In this document: positions 60,153 to 64,000 of the stretch, piece after piece
Layout: the number at the start of each line of letters is the position of its first letter
How positions within the stretch are numbered: position 1 is the first letter of the stretch
Assembly (NCBI RefSeq): GCF_006345805.1
Contig: NC_042998.1
Coordinates: forward strand, 179,986,001 to 180,050,000
Length of the DNA stretch: 64,000 nt
DNA from: Octopus sinensis
Lineage: Eukaryota
Reading direction: 5' to 3'
The notes under the pieces: generated by a model
Told to the model about the DNA's origin: nothing
The model's input: the letters and a program-made list of their open reading frames with translations, nothing else
The model's database searches: none
Translations under genes and position numbers: made by a program

Positions 60153-63100
60153 TTTAATAACATAGAACCAAATAACAAAGAAATTAAAGCAATCAAATTG
60201 ATTTCAGACGCTTCTATGATTCACTTCTTTTTTGTGTCTGTTGAACTGTTCCTGCCGAAGTCATCGCTGTATTGAAACCGTCTATTATATACACTGTTTC
60301 CTTTTCACCCCTTAGAGACGCGCTGCAAAATTAGAAGTTTAGTAGATTTTATCTATTTTCTGTGTCATGTCATTATGGTAAATAGTTAATCCTCAAGGAA
60401 ACACAGAATGTAAATAGACTGCTTATAGACACATAAAAATAATTCAGGTTTCATATGATCTGTGTTAGCGTCGAGCGTAAATATCCGGAAATAATATTTA
60501 ATCAAATACAATCAATGAGTTGATATATTTATGAATTCTTATTGCAGTAGATCTACTTAGGTTGATTTAGTTGCGTATCTATATCAGATCAGTGTAGTAT
60601 TTTTAACGAAGTGTTTTCACGTTTTGTTACAGGTTCATGAGATCGAATTTGAATGTATTTGGTACCTTATCCAAAGGGGCATATAAGTAATTATTACTGG
60701 TACAATCTCATAAACTACCAAGCAATATATCACCACATTTATTCATAAAGTAGTCTGCAATTATTGAATAACATTAATAGTTTAAACATTACTGATTGTT
60801 AGAAGTCCATTTTGCTAGCAGCTTTCATGCTTTCTGTTAAATGAAGTTTTCATCCTGTACACACACAACTATCGTTTACTAGTTACTGCAAGGCATATTG
60901 TATAACATCGCCTTCCATGGTTATACGGCGTATTTCCTTCCTCTCGCTATAATTTTCTTCGACAATTATTACATGTTGATTTAATTTTACTTCTAATATC
61001 TGTCTGGTTTTCTGCATCTACTCGGTTTAATTGTCGACAGTGCGAAATTTATTGTGTTATATAAGTTGCTGTCTTCATAAATTTCGTTAATTACAAGTAT
61101 TCTTTTGACAAGAGAAATAGTATAGAGCAGTACGATAGATAGATAGATAGATAGATGTTGCTATATAACAGACCTTAAATATATCACATCGTGGCGTGGA
61201 AGATATGGTGAATAAGCTTGACTGAAATCATCGGCTTTTATTGAAATGCAAGTTATCTCATAACACTCGCAGATAATTTCAACTGCGGATATAAAACCCG
61301 GACCATTGGCTTGCGCAGACTATCTTAATAGTAATTTGAGATGCGTGGTGCAATTAACAAATATCAGTGAGATAGACGAAATGAAATCCAAAGTATAAAT
61401 TATTACGAAATACAGTTTCTAAACGTTATGCTCTGGTAATCTTACCTGTTGGGTCACCAATGTAGGAGCAATGTAGCTAAAATATGTAATTCATCAAACA
61501 GTAATGGAAGATGATTCAGCCTCCCACAGTTTACTTTAGTCATCTTCCAGCGGTAGATTCTTTAAATATTTCATAGGATTTTTGAGATAAACTTTACACA
61601 TTATTGTTTATACAACATCATGTGTGGTAGGCTCTTAAAATAATTCGCGCAAGATTTGCTACTAAAATACTGTTGTATTTTTGTTTTGAACTCGAATGTT
61701 GTATTTCCTTCTATTTTTAGATTGGATTTTCTTAGAGTGGGTTTTTATCTGGTATAAAAATTACTTTTGTAAATGAAGTACCGATTTCTGCAGGATAGTT
61801 ACCTTATATAGTGTTTTATATAGCTAGATAGCTAGAAATACAGTTATCAGTATACCAGAAGGCGCCTTGAGAAGACTGATGGTGTTTTGACATCTACTGT
61901 CTAAAGCGAGAATTTTCTCCAAGGCAAACCGCGTGTAAAACGGCCGCTTTTTTTTTTTACAGTTCAAATATGTTATACATATATTTGGAACTGATTTAAA
62001 AGTTTACATATTTATTTTGTTACCAGGAGATTTTGATGTAGCATTGATGAGTTGGTACATCTATCTGGTTGCTCTTTCAATCGAATATAGCAGCCTAAAA
62101 TCTCCTTAAACCACACCGTACTTTCTTAAAAAAGGACAAATTGGATATGGTCTAGGGTACTCTAATTTTGATAAAAAGAAGACTGATGATCATTATTGCT
62201 TTACATAATCAAGGCTCACTTGGAGTCAAATAATAACATCTGAAAGGAACCTATGTGCCAATATAGTTGATTTTGCATTTCCCTTATTATAGCATCTTCT
62301 GTGTCTGGGGAGAATCATTCTTTTTTGGTGCCTTATAATTTAACACACTCAGTCTCTTTTATTTTCCTAAAATTTTCGTTGCGTCTTGCAACCTTTTCAA
62401 TAGTTTTGACTATTGTACCATATTTACTTAAAATACGTAAAGTTTTAAAAAAAGCCTATGCAGAAAATATAAATGCAACATGTAATATAGAGATCTACTA
62501 AACAATTCTAAAAAGTGGCACACACGTGGAAATCCCTCAGTTAATTTTAAAACCTCCAGATTGCTGGAAGTTTATAGAGAGCTATGAAATACAAAATCTC
62601 TTTTGAAACTGTATATTTTCTGGAGCATTTCACACTTGGGAGGGTATATAAAGTCCATTTATCTAGTACTAAATGTCTACTATAAGGAGAGAAAATCTTT
62701 CAAACCTATCTTGATAGTTGTTATCGATTATTTTTCACTTTATGTTAAGAAATGAACGCGTCCTAGAAACAGCTACTCACAATGAGAAAATACTAGATCA
62801 CTTCTCTCACCTTTTCATTGAGACTATTTTACTAAAATAACGAAAATATCTTGAAAGAAAATTGTACTTAGCAAATACTTTATACAAATTTAACGATAGA
62901 ATGATCTCGGAACTGAAGTCTATGTTTAATATTATTCGGATACAGTAGAGCTACATCGGTAGCGCTTTTTCAATTTTAATATATCCTTATTTTAACATCA
63001 GAGAAAAGTGCACAGCGTTGGACTTGAACAAAGTACAGTAGTTACGTCCCCGTATATATATGCGTGGGTGTGTGTGTGTACGCATGTATTTGCGCATATG

Positions 63101-64000
63101 TGCGTGTGTGTGTGTGTGCGCGCAGGCATGTTTGTGTTTGCAAGTATATGTATACACACATATACACACACACATACATATAATCTTTAATTCAAAAAAT
63201 TTATTTCTGTCCTACGAATAATATAAATAATATAATATTTCAACTACAAGAATTATTTTCTTCGATTCAGTTTCCGTTTATCAGTTAATTATCTTCAAAC
63301 AATATAATATAATAATTTTATGCCTTCGATTTCGTTCTACAACTATAGCATGACATACAGAGACGGTATAATATAATAATATAGATAAAGATTTCAATAA
63401 AAAATTATTTACGTTAAAAACTCTATGCTTTATATAATGCACATTCTCTAAACAACATGAGCCCAGTACAAAAAAGAACTATAGGATATAACTGCCAAAT
63501 TGCATGCCAATCGAACAATTCCATTCAAACTTGGAGCAATTTTATCAAAAATCGACCAATTCTATTTTTACTTGCTTTTAATTCACAACGGTCGACTTCA
63601 ATGGTGACTATTTACTGTGTTCAAGACAACTATAAATATAACAATAAAGAGTCTTTGGTCAACATTTAGAATAAAGTGACATTATCTGAAAGAGATACAT
63701 CATTACATATATACTTAAAATATAAAATTTGAAAAGAAAAAATATCAAGAAAAACTATTTCTTACAAATACCAGTGTTCGCAAATGAAAATGTCGTTCTT
63801 TCTTCTGACACAATCTTTACTTTGATCTAAAGAATAAAACTCTACTTTTGTATCATGCATTGATGCATGTCTCTGCACTACAATTCAAAACAAAATTCTA
63901 ATACTAGCCACATTTAACGAATGTTTATCAAATTTTTATGATCGAACATTTTTTTTTCCATCAAAGCGAACAGTATTCTTTTAAGTAAGTTCATAGGGTA

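Noticed and set aside
61446-61476. 31-nt minus-strand exon-like segment (TTTTAG...CAG/GTAAG)
   Set aside because: Isolated splice-like signals with no homology or partner exons

Overview
This is AT-rich, microsatellite-saturated eukaryotic DNA in which I cannot confidently identify a host protein-coding gene. The tRNA-headed SINE families and LINE complement match my recollection of coleoid cephalopod (Octopus-like) repeats; this is inference, not a database result. The window is a layered retroelement graveyard. It holds six R4/Dong-like (RLE-endonuclease) LINE pieces arranged as three head-to-tail pairs at TAA repeats, and three Tx1/L1-like copies, one of them young and GC-rich. It also has CR1-type, RTE and Penelope-like (RT and GIY-YIG) fragments, two mariner remnants, hAT-like and Helitron-like termini, and about 15 modular SINEs, two with clean 13-bp TSDs. 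The most notable non-coding signals are a near-canonical type I hammerhead ribozyme at 13718-13762 inside an ORF-less structured unit, and weaker hammerhead-like motifs linked to Penelope-like sequence. Most ORFs in the supplied track are microsatellite or antisense artefacts. Boundaries were read by eye and are approximate unless a TSD or TIR is quoted.
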